From assembly GCF_036321535.1 (NCBI RefSeq), contig NC_087437.1:60204001-60268000 (forward strand): a DNA stretch of 64,000 nt. Direction: 5' to 3'. Below, one piece after another: positions 24,176-37,929 of the stretch (position 1 is its first letter; each line of letters begins with the position of its first letter). Made by a program: the position numbers and the translations under genes. The notes under the pieces are model-generated. The model worked only from the letters and a program-made list of their open reading frames with translations. It searched no databases and had not been told where the DNA came from. This DNA comes from Camelus dromedarius. Lineage: Eukaryota.

Positions 24176-26601
24176 CCTAGCCATAAAGCCAGCAGTGTGC
24201 CTGGTCTTCAGTCCCTACCGGTCCTCTCCTCCCGTGTGGACTGTGCCTCCATTCGAGCACCTGCCCCACATCTACATGGTGCAGCGATTGGCGATTGGCG
24301 TGTCTGACTCTGTCCACTCCCCACCCCTAGGCTGTCAGCTCCCCAAAGCTACACCAAAAAGTCACTCTTTGGCTGATGACTCCTGCAAGTACCCTGTGAC
24401 CATTGCGGGAGACACCTGGGGCCCTTCTGCAGGTGAGTCAGTCTCATGGTGGCCTGGAGCAAAGCCTGGCTCCCAGTGCTCTGGGGAGCAATGGAAGACA
24501 GAGCTAAGGCAGCTGGAAGGAATTTCCCTTTGTCTGAAGTTGCCGGGCCTGCTTCTGCTTTATGTCAGCAAGGGGCTCAGTGCCTCAGAAACATCCTGCG
24601 AAACATTCTCATTTTCAAAGGAGATGGTGAGTTCCCTGCTCTCCAGTAAGATTTGTTTATTACTGCAGTGTCAATACATTTCCCCATTTACTACCCTACA
24701 CCCCCTTTCTGGGACTCCTCCACTGGGGTGTGTAAATGGCTTGAAATGAAGGAAACTTTCTGTTTCTCTTTGATGTCTTCCTGAACTGGAGACACCTGTG
24801 CTGAGGGTTAGAGACTTGATTTCCAGATGGTTTCTAAAATATGTTTTAACCACTGGTTTATTGTTTGGCTTTGGCCACCATTCCCTCCCTGCTTTGAGTT
24901 TGTTTCCCTCATCTGCACAGTAAATCAGTGATGCAGAGTCAGTGATTCTTCAGAAGTAACTGGTAAGGGGTTTGCTTTAAGATCTTGTGAAGTGTTCTGC
25001 TTTAAAAAAAAAAAAAAAAGTTTGGAAAGCGCCAGCCTAGATGACCTCACACCTCTGTCTGCTTAAGTCTCTGACTGAAAGCTTTCCTTTAGGCTTCAAC
25101 ACCACAAGGCCCCTGAGTCTGAGATGCCTTCTCCTCTTAGTGGCCAGGCTGAGCCCAGCACCGGCGAATGAGAGGCATTGTAAAACAAAGGACCTGCTGC
25201 CCTGAGACAGCCCCAAGTAGAGACAGGAATGAAGTCATTCTGCAGAGCTTTTCTGCCTCCTGGAGCTGAAGGTCAGTCATTTCTATGCCCACCCCAACTC
25301 CCTCCCTGTCCAGGCCTCCTCTGTCTTCTCCTACAAGGTTATGACAACAAAACCCTCCCTCAACGGTGTTCTCATTTGACACAGCGGACCTCTGATGGAG
25401 GAGGGACAGGGCTTATGTTCTCCATATACAGATGAGAAAACAGGCTCAAAGAGGTGAAGGGGTTGAGCAAGGTGACAAAGCAGGTTTTTGGCTGAACATT
25501 GTAAGAATCCCGGCATCCTGAGAACTTAAGGTTAACTGGGACTCCTGCCAGCTGGAGAAATGGTTCGGAGAGGTGTGATATGGTGAGAAGGAAAAATATA
25601 TTCAGAGTGAGCTAATCCACCCTCTGGAACCTGTTCTAACAGCCAAAACAGGCTATGGCATGAAAGGGTGGGGTGTGACTCCCCTGATACCCCAAGGGTC
25701 TTCTGAACACTTACTAGGGTTCCTGAGCCATGACTCTTTAGGAGACGGACAGAGGGTCCTGGTTGTATCAGGCCCTGATCCAGTGACTCCCCTACCCCCA
25801 ACACACAGGCATCTAGAAGTGGGGGGTGTCCTGGGCCATGGCAAATCCCCCGATGCAGGAGTGCTTTGTGAGCAGAAGGGCTCTCCCTGCCAGCCAGCCC
25901 ATAAGACTCTGAGAGTCTCCCCCAAGCACTGCTGGCAGCTTCTTAGCTTCCTCTGCTGTTTCCAAGATGGGCTCAGCACGTCCTCAAGGGACCCTGAGTG
26001 GAAATCAGTATTCTTGTCACATCTTCAGTGTCTGTAATCCCTCCTGCTTGGGGCAGCACTTGGGAGTTTACAAAGCACAGTCACACCAGAGGTCCATGAG
26101 GTAGGCAGTGTAGATAGCAGATAGCAGATTTATCTTCATTTTATAAACTGGACAAAACAGAGACTCAGAGAGGGGACTGACTTGTCCAAGGTCACATAGG
26201 GCATTGGAAGACCCAGAACTAGAAACTGGACCTGCTACCAAACACCTTGCTGTATCAGTTCCTGGCTTTGCCCGTGGGTTTCGTCCTCAGCTAAGGCCAT
26301 AGCAGCCTCTCTGGCAAAGACAAGATGACCATCCTGAATTTTAGCACTTTCCCATGACAAGCTGCCCTCCTAAAATCAGAAAAGGGAGGGCCCTGTTAGG
26401 GGATCAAAATCAGGCAAACAACTTGAGAAAGAAACACTATCCATGACCTGTCCTAGCCCCAGCCAGCCCAGGGGAGTGGGAGTCAGGAGGCCTGGGCTTG
26501 GTGTCCAGGTCAACAGCTGATTCCCTGTGGGGACTTGGTAGGAGGACATTTCATTTTGAGTCTCACTTTCTTCCTCTGTAAAATGGGATGAAGGTCCAAG
26601 A

Positions 26602-26781
26602 TCAGTATTCTTGAACAACTCATGTTAGAATCGCCTGGGAAAGTTTGTACAAAACCCAGATCTTGGGGCTCCACCCTAGGCCTCATGGGTCAGCTATGGG
26701 GTTGAAGAAATCTGTGGGAACTCACACTGTTAACCTGGTGATTCTGGTTGATTCTGAGGCCCACTGACCTCTGAGACCACA
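26602..26781. mobile_element. MER5-like DNA transposon next to or within a MIR
   Basis: cagtattct...ttagaatcgcctggga...aaaacccagat...gctccaccct...ggtgattctg...tgagaccac. Confidence 0.65.
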
Positions 26782-27949
26782 AGACTAGATAGTTCACAAG
26801 GGCCTTTCCTACTCTGACATCCTATTATTTGAGGCATCAGGAAGTGTGGTAAGTGCACTCTGACTCTCTGCTTATTTCCTCTGGTGTTGTTCTTTAGAGT
26901 GGACTCAGAGTCCTCAAAGTGGAAAATATCTTGAATAGATTACCAGAATGCAGGAAGGCCCAGAAGCGCGGGAGTTTGCATTCCCAAGAGGCCAGGAGCC
27001 AACTGTGGGTTCACTGGGCCTCCACCTATCAGAGTGTTTCCCAGGCCACCAGTCTGGGGTATGTTAGGTGACCCACCCCATATCCTAGGAATAGGATGAT
27101 TCCTCTGATGTGGCCTCTACCCAGAGTTGTGGGAACCCTGACTCTAACCAAAGGCTGTCGCTGGCTCAGAATAGCCAACTTTCTTCCCTGTTCCTCAGGA
27201 GGCCTTAACTTCCAGGCTGCCAAAGCAGTCCTGCCCCCTCCTGGGGTGTCTGCGTGGCTGGCAGCCACATGCTTGGCTACACAGAGAAGCCACATGTCAC
27301 TGGCCCCAGACTATACCAGTTATGGTTCTTGGCTGAAAACAACAGAAACTAATTCTGGCTGACTTAAGCAGAAAAGGAATTTATTCAGGGATATTGGGAA
27401 GCATGGAGACTCTCCAGGAAGGCTAGAGAATAAGCCCTGGAAAACAGGTAGAAGAAACAAAGCTGGCTGCCTCCCCGAAAGACTCATGCCATGGGGCTTC
27501 CCCAGAACTAAAGAGGGGATTTAGATGCTGTACATCCCACAAAATAATGAATTCTCTGCTCACCTGCGGATGCAGCAACCTGAAAGCCTCTACACCCAGC
27601 GAAATGTTGGTGATCTTTGCTGCGGCTGGTGCCAGTAATAGCATTTCCTAGACTTGTGGACAAGTTTCAAATCCTGTGTGCATCCCACCTGAGAAGGGTC
27701 CTACCAGGAATCACCTCCTTTGCTCCACTCTTGTTTATTCCTTATACTGCTACACTCATGTTTCACACACAGCTAGTGCAGCTGCTAGCTCTGGTCCCTG
27801 ATTCCAGGCCAATCCTTGTCCCCTGCCCCCACTCATACGTAAATACCCTAACCGGTGTCTCCCTAGTCTGCTCCACTTCCCCAGAAGAAGGGCATTTGAT
27901 CTCCAAAACCACCTACTAGGATTGCACCTTTTTCTCCAGTACTTTTTCT

Positions 27950-28450
27950 CCTTCATCCAGTCAATCAATAAATATTTACTGGCATCTTCTGTGTGCCAGT
28001 GACCATGCTGGGTGCTGAGAGACAGGATAACCCTATCCTCCTGGAGCTTAGAGTATAGTGTGGGACACAGGCATTAATCAGAGAACCATACGATATCTTA
28101 TTACCATCTGTGATAAATACTACGAAGGAAAAGCTCACCAAACCCTTGAACGTTTTAGTAGGGTACCTGATCTGGTCTAGGGTGCTTCCCTGGAAAGGTG
28201 ACGTTTGAGTTAAGATATGAAAGAAGGGCAAGAGTTAGCCAGAGGTAGGGGAAGGAAGGGAAGGAGGGAGAGAGGAAAGAAGGAAGGGCATTCTAGGCAG
28301 AGGGAACAGCGTGGGCAAGGATTCTGAGGCAGAATGAATCTCCCAGAAGTTAAAGAAAGCAGGGTGGCTGGAGCTCCTGCTGTGAGGCATGGGCTAGGCA
28401 AGAGTAGGTTTTGAGGGAGAGACCATGAATTCAACTTTGGATCGCTTTTC
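27950..28450 (-). mobile_element. LINE2 fragment
   Basis: tcaatcaataaatatttactggcatcttctgtgtgccag tail; ggcattctaggcagagggaacagc body. Confidence 0.8.
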
Positions 28451-30921
28451 TGGCCACTTGATGTCTTACTTTGGGCTAAAACGTCCCACTAAATCAGTAC
28501 ACTTGCCCATGTGCCTCCTTTTTTATTATCTTGGGGCATTGACTACATCAAAATGAGAATTTAAAAAATTTTTCTTTGCTTTGGTAGATCATCCTGGACT
28601 TAAAATCTGAGTCAAGTCTCATCAGAGATGTTGCGAGCCTGCACCTCATCCCAAGGGATAATAATAATAACAGTAACAACTACAGGGTTGAGCACTTGAC
28701 TCTGCTCAGACTATCTCACTTAATCTTCACAGTACCCTCCAGGAGAAGCACTTTTAATGTTCCCATTTTACAGGTGGAGAGACTGAGGCCCAGAGAGGTG
28801 GAACCGCCAGAGGCAAGGCCACTTGGCTAATGAGAAGTGGCTCTGAGATTCCATAGCTCTTGCTCTTAAACACCATGCTGACCTGGAGGATGTGCTGGAA
28901 AATTTTTAACCACTGTGTGAAAGTAAGAAGCACAACTGTTTTTTATGCTTTCTGCCGAGGGATTCCTAGGACCTATCAGCCTCTGCTTTCCTCTCCTGGT
29001 CCACGCTGGTCCTGCGAGCCTTTGAACTCAGACCATCTCTCCTTTCTTCTCTCCAGGCATTTTCCAGATGTCCCTCCTCTCCTCTAACGCAGAGACAACC
29101 TGTCTGTCAAAGCCTCTCAGATCCGGCCAAAATCATCTGAAAGAGTTTAGCAGGCAGGCAGGAAAGCCAGCCTGAAATTGAGTTAGCCAGGATTCTGCCC
29201 CAGGCCCTCACATCAACTGTGCAACAGAACCACTGCCTGGTGCAAAAAACACCCTTCTGGAGCTGGTCTTTTGTCACTGGCTTGTCCTCATTTGCAGCGG
29301 GAAGTAACGCTGTCATGAGATTCGGTCTCTTACAGTTCTGCCTTGGAAGCAAGGAGGGCACATTGACGCCCTCCCCAGCCCAGAGGCTGTCTCAAAGCCC
29401 CTGCAGCTGTGCTCCCAGCCAGGTGCTCTCATAGCCGCATGGTGAACTGTGCTCTGCGGTCTGACTGCCTAGATGCAGTCCTCCACCCTGTGCCTTCCAG
29501 GGTCTCCCCCTGGCCTCTGTGTAAAATGAGGCTAATAATTGTGAGGTTCAACTCCACAGAGCTGTCATGATAATACATGATTGAGCATGTGTAAAGCTTT
29601 TGGCACATAGTAAGTGTTATAAAGCGGGTTGCTGTCATCATCATCACCATCAGTACTTGGTTTCCTACCTTCACTTTTAAAAAATCAAAACCAAGTATCA
29701 TACATCATATTATTTATTTAATACTTTATTTAAACAAACTTTAAATAAACTTGCTTTTAAAACATAGCCTCCTTCTAAGCAAGTTTCCTTGAAATCACAG
29801 TTTTGATGGCTTTAGTTGTATTTTTAAAGGCTCTGTGCAACAGTTGCATGCCTGTTGAAGTCAATATGTCTTACTTCAGGTGTTTAGTAGCACTGATTCA
29901 GCTTGTGCATAACCAAGGGTCCTCTGCCCTGGCTTTGAGGAACACCACTGCAGCAAGTGCTAGTACCTGTCTCAGTTTTACCATCTGTAAAATAGGTGCA
30001 GTGTGATGATGACACTGCTTCCTGGGACTGCTGTCCCATTCAGTGGTATGTTTGTTGTGACCATGCTTTGTAAAATGTAACGCACTAACCAAGTTGCCAT
30101 CATGTAGTTCTCCTGTCCCCACCCCATTCCAGTTAGTGAGTCACCCCAGGTTTGCAAAAGGAGCTGCTGATGGTAAAGGTCCCCAACCCCCATGCCCCCT
30201 CTCCTTGGAATTTGTTGGAATATGCTGTCAATCGAGGTATATTTTTTTCTCACTTGGTTTTGCTCCTTGGGCTAGAACAGCCCCCTAGACCTATTTTAAT
30301 CCTTAATCCCTCATTCAACATCCCTCCTTTGTATCTTGACTCCACTGAGGGTGTCAGGCCCCATTGCTACACTAAGGAGATGATAGCTCCAGTCCGTGCC
30401 CTTCCGGCTACTCTTGAGCCTGCCCCAGGGTTCAAGAAGCAGAATTTCCAGGAGTTTTATATCCACTGGCCATGGGCTCTCATCCTGCTTGCCTGTCCAC
30501 TGAACTCACAAAACTGGAAACACCTTTTTTTGAACCTGACCAGCAGACTCTGCTGCTCCAATTCTGCCTGTTCCTACTATGTGATGACTCATTAGGCATT
30601 CCCTCTGACCAGAGCCTCTTCCCTCCCTCCATCTGGGCCAACAGGGGTAACTTCAGCTCCAAGTAGAGAAGACTGAGGCCTTGGGGCAGGGGGGTGGGGG
30701 TAGGGTTTTGCTGTGGGCAGAGGTGAGGTTGGGAGTAAATTCCAGGGCTAATGCCTGGGATGCTTTGCATTTCTCTGACCCTGCCCAGCCCAGCCAGTAC
30801 CCAGGGCTTCACAAATGTCCATTTAGAAAGCTCCACCCTGCTTGTATGGGAGGTCTTAGTGATTAGCTGGCTCCCGTCAGACCCAGATAAAGCTAAGGAG
30901 GTTGGGAACCAAGTTTACTTC

Positions 30922-31011
30922 TTTTAAATTAATTTTTTTAATGGAGGTACTGGGGATTGAACCCAGGACCTTGTGCATGCTGAGCATATACTCTACTGCT
31001 GAGCTCTCTCC
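30922..31011 (-). mobile_element. tRNA-Ala-derived SINE (camelid vic-1-like)
   Basis: Reverse complement AGCTCAGCAGTAGAGTATATGCTCAGCATGCACAAGGTCCTGGGTTCAATCCCCAGTACCTCCA plus A-rich tail; B box GGTTCAATCC. Confidence 0.85.
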
Positions 31012-31686
31012 AGCACTAACTTAAAAAAAAAAAAAAAACAAAAAAAAAACTGATGATAGTACAATTCCTTTTATTTTATGAAAGAAAAGGAAAAAAATGC
31101 ATATAAAACAAATTCAGAGCTTCTCCCTGAAGAGTGGTAGGGAAGAGCAGTTTTCAGTTTCTTACACAATTTTAGCCTCTCTGTGTGCCATGGAATCCAG
31201 AAGAATGTAGAGAACAGCCCCTCGAGTGTGAGTTGTAGCTTCCAAATCAATCGGGAGTGGCTCTTCTACTCCAGCTGGGGGAATACCTGGGCCCTCCTCA
31301 GCCCTGGGTCCTTTGGGCTAGGCCGGAGGGCCCCTCCCATTTACTTTTCTCTCCTTTCAGCACCCCCTCACCCCCAATCCTGCCTCTTTAGACTTTCTCA
31401 ACCCGCAGCTCCTACTCCCAGGTCCTGCCTTGCATCCTCAGCCTCCAAGATGGGGCAGGCAGTTTGGGTTCCCCTCTGCCTGGGCTGGGACTTGGGTGGA
31501 GGCTGGTAGGAGAAACAGGACATTGGGTTCTGTAAGGTGAGCTGAGCTCACTCCTGACCAAGCTGATAGCTTGGTGTACCACCTGTGTATTGATGCTTAG
31601 GGACTTTCTGCTCTCCCTCCCCCTTGGATTGTTCTGACTTTGGTTTGTCAGGCCCCAGGAAAAGACAGGGGAGAGAGGTGAGAGTT

Positions 31687-32000
31687 TGTATGGGCTGAAT
31701 GTTTGTCTTTCCTCATATTCATAGATTGAAATCCTAACCCCCACAGGTTATGTATTAGGGGGTAGAGCCTTTGGGACATGATTAGACCATGAGGTTGGTG
31801 CCCTTATGAATGGGATGAGTGCTTTTATAAGAGAAACCCCACACAGCTCTCTAGTCCCTCCTGCCATGTGTGGATCCCCAGACCATGCTGGCACCCTGAT
31901 CTTGGACTTTCAACCTCCAGAACAGTGAGCAATAAATTTCTGCTGTTTATAAACTACCCTGTCTATGGTATTTTGTTATATCAGCCCAAATGGACTATGG
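31687..32000 (+). mobile_element. MLT1A-type LTR with internal deletion
   Basis: gggctgaatgtttgtc...gaatgggatgagtgcttttataagaga...cctccagaacagtgagcaataaatttctg. Confidence 0.85.
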
Positions 32001-33571
32001 GTGAGAGGGATATAAAACCCCATTCTGCTCTATACATATATTTAATTATTTGATCAAAACACAATTTCGTTTTTCCAGTGCACCCATTTCATGGTATCAG
32101 CAATACAATGGTGTTCTTAACAAATCTCTTAATATATGGTGTTCATAGATAGTTGTTCCAGCTTATGGAATTCTGGGAAAAGAGCTTCCAGAACTGGGAT
32201 ATGTTGGACTTCCCACAAAATTAAGCACGTTGAAGATGCGTGTGGACATGAACTCTCATTATAACAGTCTCATCTAATGGGATAGTTAGTAAGTGACATA
32301 CGGACATTCACAATAGAGATAACAACAGTGAAATAATAGTTCTTATAATCAAACTACATCTGGGCCCTGTGTGGGATGGTGAGGATTCAAATATAAATAA
32401 GACATGGTCTTTGTCTTAAAGGGCTCTGAGTCTGGGTCATTTTGACTCAGAAGGGTTTGCAATGACCCTTCAAATTCACTCTTCTCTCTCCAGCAGCCCA
32501 GACTGAGAGCCATCAGCGGGCTGTCATGCCATCGGTGGATACAGATATAACTGAGAATTAGGCACCCTTGCCTCTTAGTCCTTCGTGATGTTGTGTGCTC
32601 AGATTTTGTGCACATGGTGCATGTCTGCATATCTTTTTACATTTTTATCCACACCAGTTTTGTTTTTTGCTTCTCAGTTAAATTCCCAAAGATGAGAAGA
32701 AAGTGTGCTTATTCATTTAAATTGCCCTATGCAGAGATCTGCTCAGACGAACACCTGGCTCATATTTTGATAATGATGATATTGATGTTGACAAAGCTTG
32801 GTAATTCAATAACTAGGTAATGTGTCCTATTTTTAAAAGAAAGCTTGGCTAGAGCCTAACTAAAATCACAGACAATTCAGAAGAGGTTTCTTTTAAGGAA
32901 ATGGCAAGAGACAAGGCTTTACAGACCCGTCAGACAGAATAACGGTGGTCATCCTGGCATCTTGTCTGCCTTTGGCACTGTCCAGATCACCCCCAGAGTG
33001 ATGCAATATCCTGTGGCCCGCATCCCATCTGCCTCTGTCTGTCATGGTCCAGGGCACATCAATCCCTAAATGCTACCCTTCCTGCTTCCCAGGCAGGCCT
33101 GGGCTTCCTCTATGAGTCACTCTCTCAGCAGCCGTGACCCATGCAGGACTCCAGAGTGTCTCAGCGCAACACTTCAGTATTAGCCTCCGTGTTCATCCAG
33201 CGATTTCAGGAAGAAACTGCCAGATATTGTTCTATGCCTAATCAAAAGCTGTTCTGCCAAACAGCAGGGCAGTGAAGATGAGAGTTGCTTCCAAAGCTAA
33301 AAGGAAAGTCAAACAAATAGAAGACTGAGATATTCTATTGGTCAAGCTGGATTCTTTGATATCAGCCTGTCAGAGGTGACAGTGGAGGCTTCCTTGACTC
33401 CCTGTGACCAGGGCTGTATTCAGCTGGGTAAAGACAACTCTGTCCAACCAGCTTTCATGAGCCCTCTCACCTCTGGACTCTTCCAGGGAAGAAGCTAATA
33501 TAGACCTCTCTTGGATAGAATGGGCAGCATCCACACTGCACATTTAAGTGATGGAAGTCTGCAGATCCTCT

Positions 33572-33658
33572 TGTTTTTTTTAATGGAGGTACTGAGATTG
33601 AACCCAGGACCTGATGCCTGCTAAGCAGGGACCCTACCACTGAGCTATACCTGCCCCC
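33572..33658 (-). mobile_element. tRNA-Ala-derived SINE (vic-1-like)
   Basis: atggaggtactgagattgaacccaggacc...taccactgagctatacc; agatcc on both flanks. Confidence 0.85.
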
Positions 33659-33859
33659 TTAGATCCATTTTTCATCACAAACCTTTTGATAGTTCCACAG
33701 CTACCCCTGAAGTTTGCCCAGCCATGCCCCTCTCTCAGGCCTGATGCTCCAGCTGAACAATGCAGTGAGAAGTGCTCTAGCAGCCCCTGCACTGCTGAGA
33801 ACCAGACAGGTGTGTTCTTTTGAGCCAGGGAAGTAGATCTTCCAGCTCATGGGAGCTGG

Positions 33860-34480
33860 GACTGTCTAGGACCACTTTCCCTGAATATTTTGCAAATGTA
33901 AGGCAAAGACTCTGAAATCCAAGTTCTAGAAGATATCAAGAAGAGACAACTAGGGGGAAAAAAAGAAAGACAAGTGACCAAGACTGCTGCATAAACATAG
34001 ACTTGGTAGGATGTCACTGGTTCCCAAGACAGGATCATTATTCCACTGATTTTCATCTGGGCTGAAGGCCCTCTATTGGATTGTGAAGACATCTTGGATG
34101 AGCTGAATAGCCTGGGTATCTTCCTTGCCTTTTGCTAGGTTTCAACTTGAGAAACAGAGAAGAGGGAGGATGGTTGCTGTGTAGTGTGTGTGTGAGAGAG
34201 AACGATGAGGATGTGAAAGAAAGGAACTCTGCAACTAACATCTGAGATTTGCCACCAGTCAGAATAACATTAGTTAATGCACCTAATGCATTGTCCTGGG
34301 AAATCCTGTGAAACAATTTCAACCTGATAGCTTCTTAGATGCCCAGACCTGTATTTCATATTCCTCAGTTCCTAACCAAAGAAGGGAAGTACCTGGTGGG
34401 CCTGCAGGTAGTCTGGACCAACAATCAGAAGGATCTTGAGTTTGGTGCCAGCTCTGACATTCTCGGTATAATCTATCTTT
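33860..34480 (+). mobile_element. Possible ancient CR1/L3 LINE endonuclease-region relic
   Basis: Degenerate resemblance to CR1 ORF2 motifs (RNREEGGWL.C.VCVRE vs R.DR..GGGVALYVRE; LQVVWTN...SSD). Weak. Confidence 0.3.
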
Positions 34481-34892
34481 CATCTGATCCCTCTTGGATC
34501 CCCTGGACATGCCGAAAATAATCTTGACAGTTTCAGCTGTATTAGCTGAGAGAATGGAAATTTGGAGAGCAAGAACCAGACCACAGCAATCTGTTGGCCA
34601 CAATGAACCACGCTGCAGACTGCCCTCAGTGCAATCCAAGTTACCATTTATTACTAGCTAACTCTTCCCGGTGGATGACCCGCTGACTGTGACCTAACAC
34701 TTCACCAGACTGGTGGGAACAGATGGTCTAACATGATGAGAGAATTACAAGAGTTTCAAGGCTGGAACTCCTTCATTCTATGAATAAGAAAACTGAGCCC
34801 CAGGGAGGAAAATATTAATTTGTCCACATTTCTGCTTCTGCAATTAGATTACAAGAATCTCGAGGATCAGGACTGTATATATATATATATGG

Positions 34893-35884
34893 GTTTTTTT
34901 GGTAATATTCCTCTTTTTTATTGAAGTATAGTTGATTCACCATGTTGTGCTAGTTTCTGGTGTACAGCATAGTGATTCAGTTATACATATATATTCTTTT
35001 CCATTGTAGGTTATTACAAGTTATTGAATATAGTTCCCTGTGCCATCAGTAGGACCTTGCTGTTTATTTATTTTATGTATAGTAGTTTACATCTGCTAAT
35101 CCCAAACTCTTAATTTATCCATCCCCTCTACCCCTACTTTCCCCTTTGGTAACCATAAGTTTGTTTTCTATGCCTGTGAATTTGTCTCTGTTTTGTAAAT
35201 AAGTTCATTTGTGTCATTTTTTAGATTCTACATGTAAGTGGTATCTTTTGGTATTTGTTCTCTGTCTGACTTACTTCACTTAATATAATAATCTCTAGGT
35301 CCATCCATGTTACTGCAAATGGCATTATTTCATTCTTTTTTATGGCCCTGAAGTATTCCCTTGTATAGATATATACAACATCTTCTTTATCCAGTCATCA
35401 AGGGACATTAAGGTTGTTTCTGTGTCTTGGCTATTGTAAATAGTGCTGCTGTGAACACTGGGAAGCATGTGTCTTTTTAAATGAGAGTTTTCTCCAGATA
35501 TATGCCCAGGAGTGGGATTGCTGTATCATATGTTAAGTCTATTTTTAGTTTTTTAAGGAACCTCCATACTGTTCTCCACAGTGGCTGCACCAGTTAACAT
35601 TCCCACCAAAAGTGTAGGAGGATTCACTTTTCTCCACATCCTCTCCAGCATTTATTGTTTGTGGACTTTTTAATGATGGCCACTCTGACTGTGTGAGGTG
35701 ATGCCTCATTGTAGTTTTGATTTGCATTTCTCTGATAATTAGTGATATTGAGCATTTTTTTCATGTACCTATTGGCCATTTGTATGTCTTCTTTGGAGAA
35801 ATGTGTTTGGCTCATTTTTTGATTGGGTGGTTTGTTTTGTTGTTGTTGAGTTGTTTGTATATTTTGGAAATTAAGCCCTTGTCA
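34893..35884 (-). mobile_element. 5'-truncated L1 (ORF2 end and 3' UTR) inserted into an L2 tail
   Basis: Minus-strand translation [12 protein letters not shown]...; typical L1 3' UTR; candidate TSD aggactgtat (34869) / aggactatat (35885). L2 tail resumes with gctcaataaatgtttg. Confidence 0.93.
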
Positions 35885-37929
35885 AGGACTATATTTTTGA
35901 AGCCTCAAAGCCTAGCAAAGGGCTTGGCCATTGCAAGATGCTCAATAAATGTTTGTGAAAGGGAGAAAGGGAGGGAGGGAGGAAGGGAAGGGGACTTGCT
36001 CAAGGTCACACAGGCCTTAGTGGCAGAGCTGGGCCTCCCCCACAAGCCTCTCTCCCTCTCAGCATTGCAAGCTCTAGTCAGTACCCTAAGCAAGTCAGGC
36101 TGGCTACTCTGTTGCCCAGAAAGTATCACTGATACCAGATCCCAAGGCATCTGCTATTCCACAGTAGGGTGCTCCCCTGGTCTGTGACATGAACTTTATC
36201 GGAGAAGCCAAGCCTGCCTTTGTCCCAGCTCCCCTGCTGGAGGGGGTAGGCCTGAGCTGTCAACTTAAGCTGTTATCTCTGGCTAGGCAGGACCCAGGGC
36301 TGGAGCCAAAGGAGGTCCAAGAGCAAGGGCCCCAGGGTGCACCCCAGGGCGCAGGCAGGATACAGCCTAGCAAGGCATCCAGGCAAAGGGGTGGCAGAAT
36401 TCTGGAAAAGTCAGTGAGGCAAGACCTCAGAAACCAAGATCCAGAGATCAGAAGGGACTTTCCCAAACTCACCCACTATCAGGGGTGGAGATGGATTAGA
36501 GGCAGGGGTGGTGATGGATTAGGCTCAGATGGAAAGGAAGAAACGGAGCCAGAGCAAGTCTCCGAGGAAATATGGTGCAGCTGCAGATTCTGTTTATAAG
36601 GTGGCAGCAGCCTCACCCAAGGCATGTCAGGACTGGGAGCGGGGGGCGGGAGTAGGGGCAGGAGAAGGGGAGCTATTAAAGGAGCTGAGTTGGCAGATCG
36701 CTCTGTATTTTCTCAGACTGGCTTCATGTTCTGCCAGCCCTAGGAATCTCCTTGTCTCTGCCCCTTGCACTGGCACCTACTTTGTGGGTGAGGAGAGGCC
36801 CAGGGTTGGAAGTGACCCCCTTCTAGGCAGCCTTCAGCCTGAAGGCCCTGTCAGTGATGTCACCTTCAGTATCCAGAGAAACTCACAAGATATCCCTTGT
36901 GTTCCAGGGTTGATGCCGAACCCAGAGCTTGGTCCTTGCCTCCAGGGGTCATAAGATCTTGTTGGCAAGTGGAGTACACTTGAGACACTCAGCACGAGGC
37001 ACTCCAAGGCCAGCACAGCTCTAGGTACACCCAGTGGGTGGTTCAGAAGAAGCAGAGATCCTCGCAAGTGAGTTGGCTTCTTGGAGGAGGTGAGGCTGGA
37101 ATTGGAGCCCAAGTATTACACATCGGGATAGGGGCTTTGAGTAAAGTCACTGCAGCAAGAGTATGCGGGGCTTCTCGCAGGGGTGTGGGAAGGAATGTTG
37201 TTGGGGCAGCCTCAGAGTCATGGGGTGAGGGCCGGTGTTTTTCAAGCATTTTTTAGCAGCAGAATTCTTCACCCAACAAAAACTTACTCAGGTATCAACC
37301 TGCTAAAAGCAGAACTGCTCTGTCCTCTCAGCTTCCCTTTTACTCCAGGGTTAGCCCCCAGAAAAGGAATGGAGCTTTCCAGCTGGACTAGTTCAATCTT
37401 CTTATTGGACTGAGGCAAAGAAGGACGTGCTTATTGGCTATCAGGGGCTGAGGCAGGTAAGACTGAGATCTGTCCCCTCTCCTCAGCTCAGGGCTTCCAC
37501 CAGCAGACCTTACTGCCTCCAGAATGGGGCTGGACTGGGGAGACCTTCCACCAGGTTAAGGGATGCAGGCTCTGCAAGATGGGGAGCCATGGAATGTGGC
37601 TGGGCAAAGGCATTCTTTCTGGCATTCCAGTGTGACAGCCTAGTTCAGACTGCAGTCTCTTGATATTTCAGTCCCCCTTGATTGAGGAGGCTAGCATGTT
37701 TGAATCATCTGAGAACTATCTCTAGCAATGCAGGGTCAAAGAAACCTGTGGAGATGGTTTGGGCTAGAGAAGTCCAGGTGTCATTGGTTCAGTATTGGTA
37801 AATAGATGAATTGTCAGTGAATAAGTTCAGTGGAATCAGTGCTTCCTTAAACTGTGGGAGAAATTGTGTCCATTCATTGGCCTAATGATGTGACTTTGAT
37901 TAGGAATTCAACAATAACTGAAAAAGCCC

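Noticed and set aside
30922..31011. tRNA-Ala-like sequences here and at 33572, 54928 and 57429
   Set aside because: Degenerate stems, A-rich tails and (in three copies) TSDs mark them as SINEs, not tRNA genes.
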